Assembly (NCBI GenBank): GCA_018398765.1
Contig: JAHBMJ010000319.1
Location: 1 to 50,115, forward strand
Length of the DNA stretch: 50,115 bases
Reading direction: 5' to 3'
Origin: Chromera velia
Taxonomy: Eukaryota
How positions within the stretch are numbered: the stretch's first letter is position 1; every line of letters begins with the position of its first letter. The notes under the pieces were generated by a model. It ran no database searches and was not told the DNA's origin. It was given only the letters and a program-made list of their open reading frames with translations. Positions 49,878 to 50,115 of this stretch are shown here, one piece after another. Position numbers and translations under genes: made by a program.

Positions 49878-50115
49878 CCCTCCCTCCCTCTCCCTCCCCC
49901 CCCCCCCCCTCTCTCTCTCTGTGTGTAAGACGAAACCATCTTACTCTCGCGGCATCATTCGCATGGAGGGTGTCAGGCGAAAATGAGAAAAATGATCAAT
50001 ACGACGATCACCTATACGGTCAAGATCGTTTCTTCCAACGCTTAAAGCTTCGCTCTCTCTGTCTCTGTCTCTCTCTCTTCCCTCTCTCCCTCTCTCTCTC
50101 TCGCTCCCCCCCCCC
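49847..50115. repeat. (CT)n / poly-C low-complexity tracts in intron
   Basis: Direct reading of the sequence. Confidence 0.9.

Overview
Eukaryotic, intron-rich genomic DNA. Gene style, GTCAGT/GTCGGT splice donors, TGCATGCA-rich promoters and expanded ankyrin/LRR families suggest a chromerid alveolate such as Chromera; this is an inference, not a database match. GC-richer gene islands alternate with short, very AT-rich spacers full of TA/CTAG. Genes I could reconstruct by hand: an intronless ankyrin-repeat gene broken by a frameshift; a 3-exon Cys-less rhodanese-like gene; a 17-exon outer dynein arm docking complex (CCDC114/ODA-DC2-like) gene with an 11-nt microexon; a 10-exon serine hydroxymethyltransferase with a plastid-type bipartite leader; a 4-exon atypical, probably secreted protein kinase; two intronless paralogous hypothetical genes; and a second ankyrin gene with one repeat per 99-nt exon that runs off the window. 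Also present: a 230-bp MITE with an 8-bp TSD, an 875-bp tandem triplication, an 84-bp coding minisatellite and several decayed pseudogenes. The most striking system-level signal is that repeated and dead DNA has mutated almost only by C>T/G>A transitions, biased to CpA>TpA. This resembles fungal repeat-induced point mutation (RIP) in an apparently non-fungal genome.
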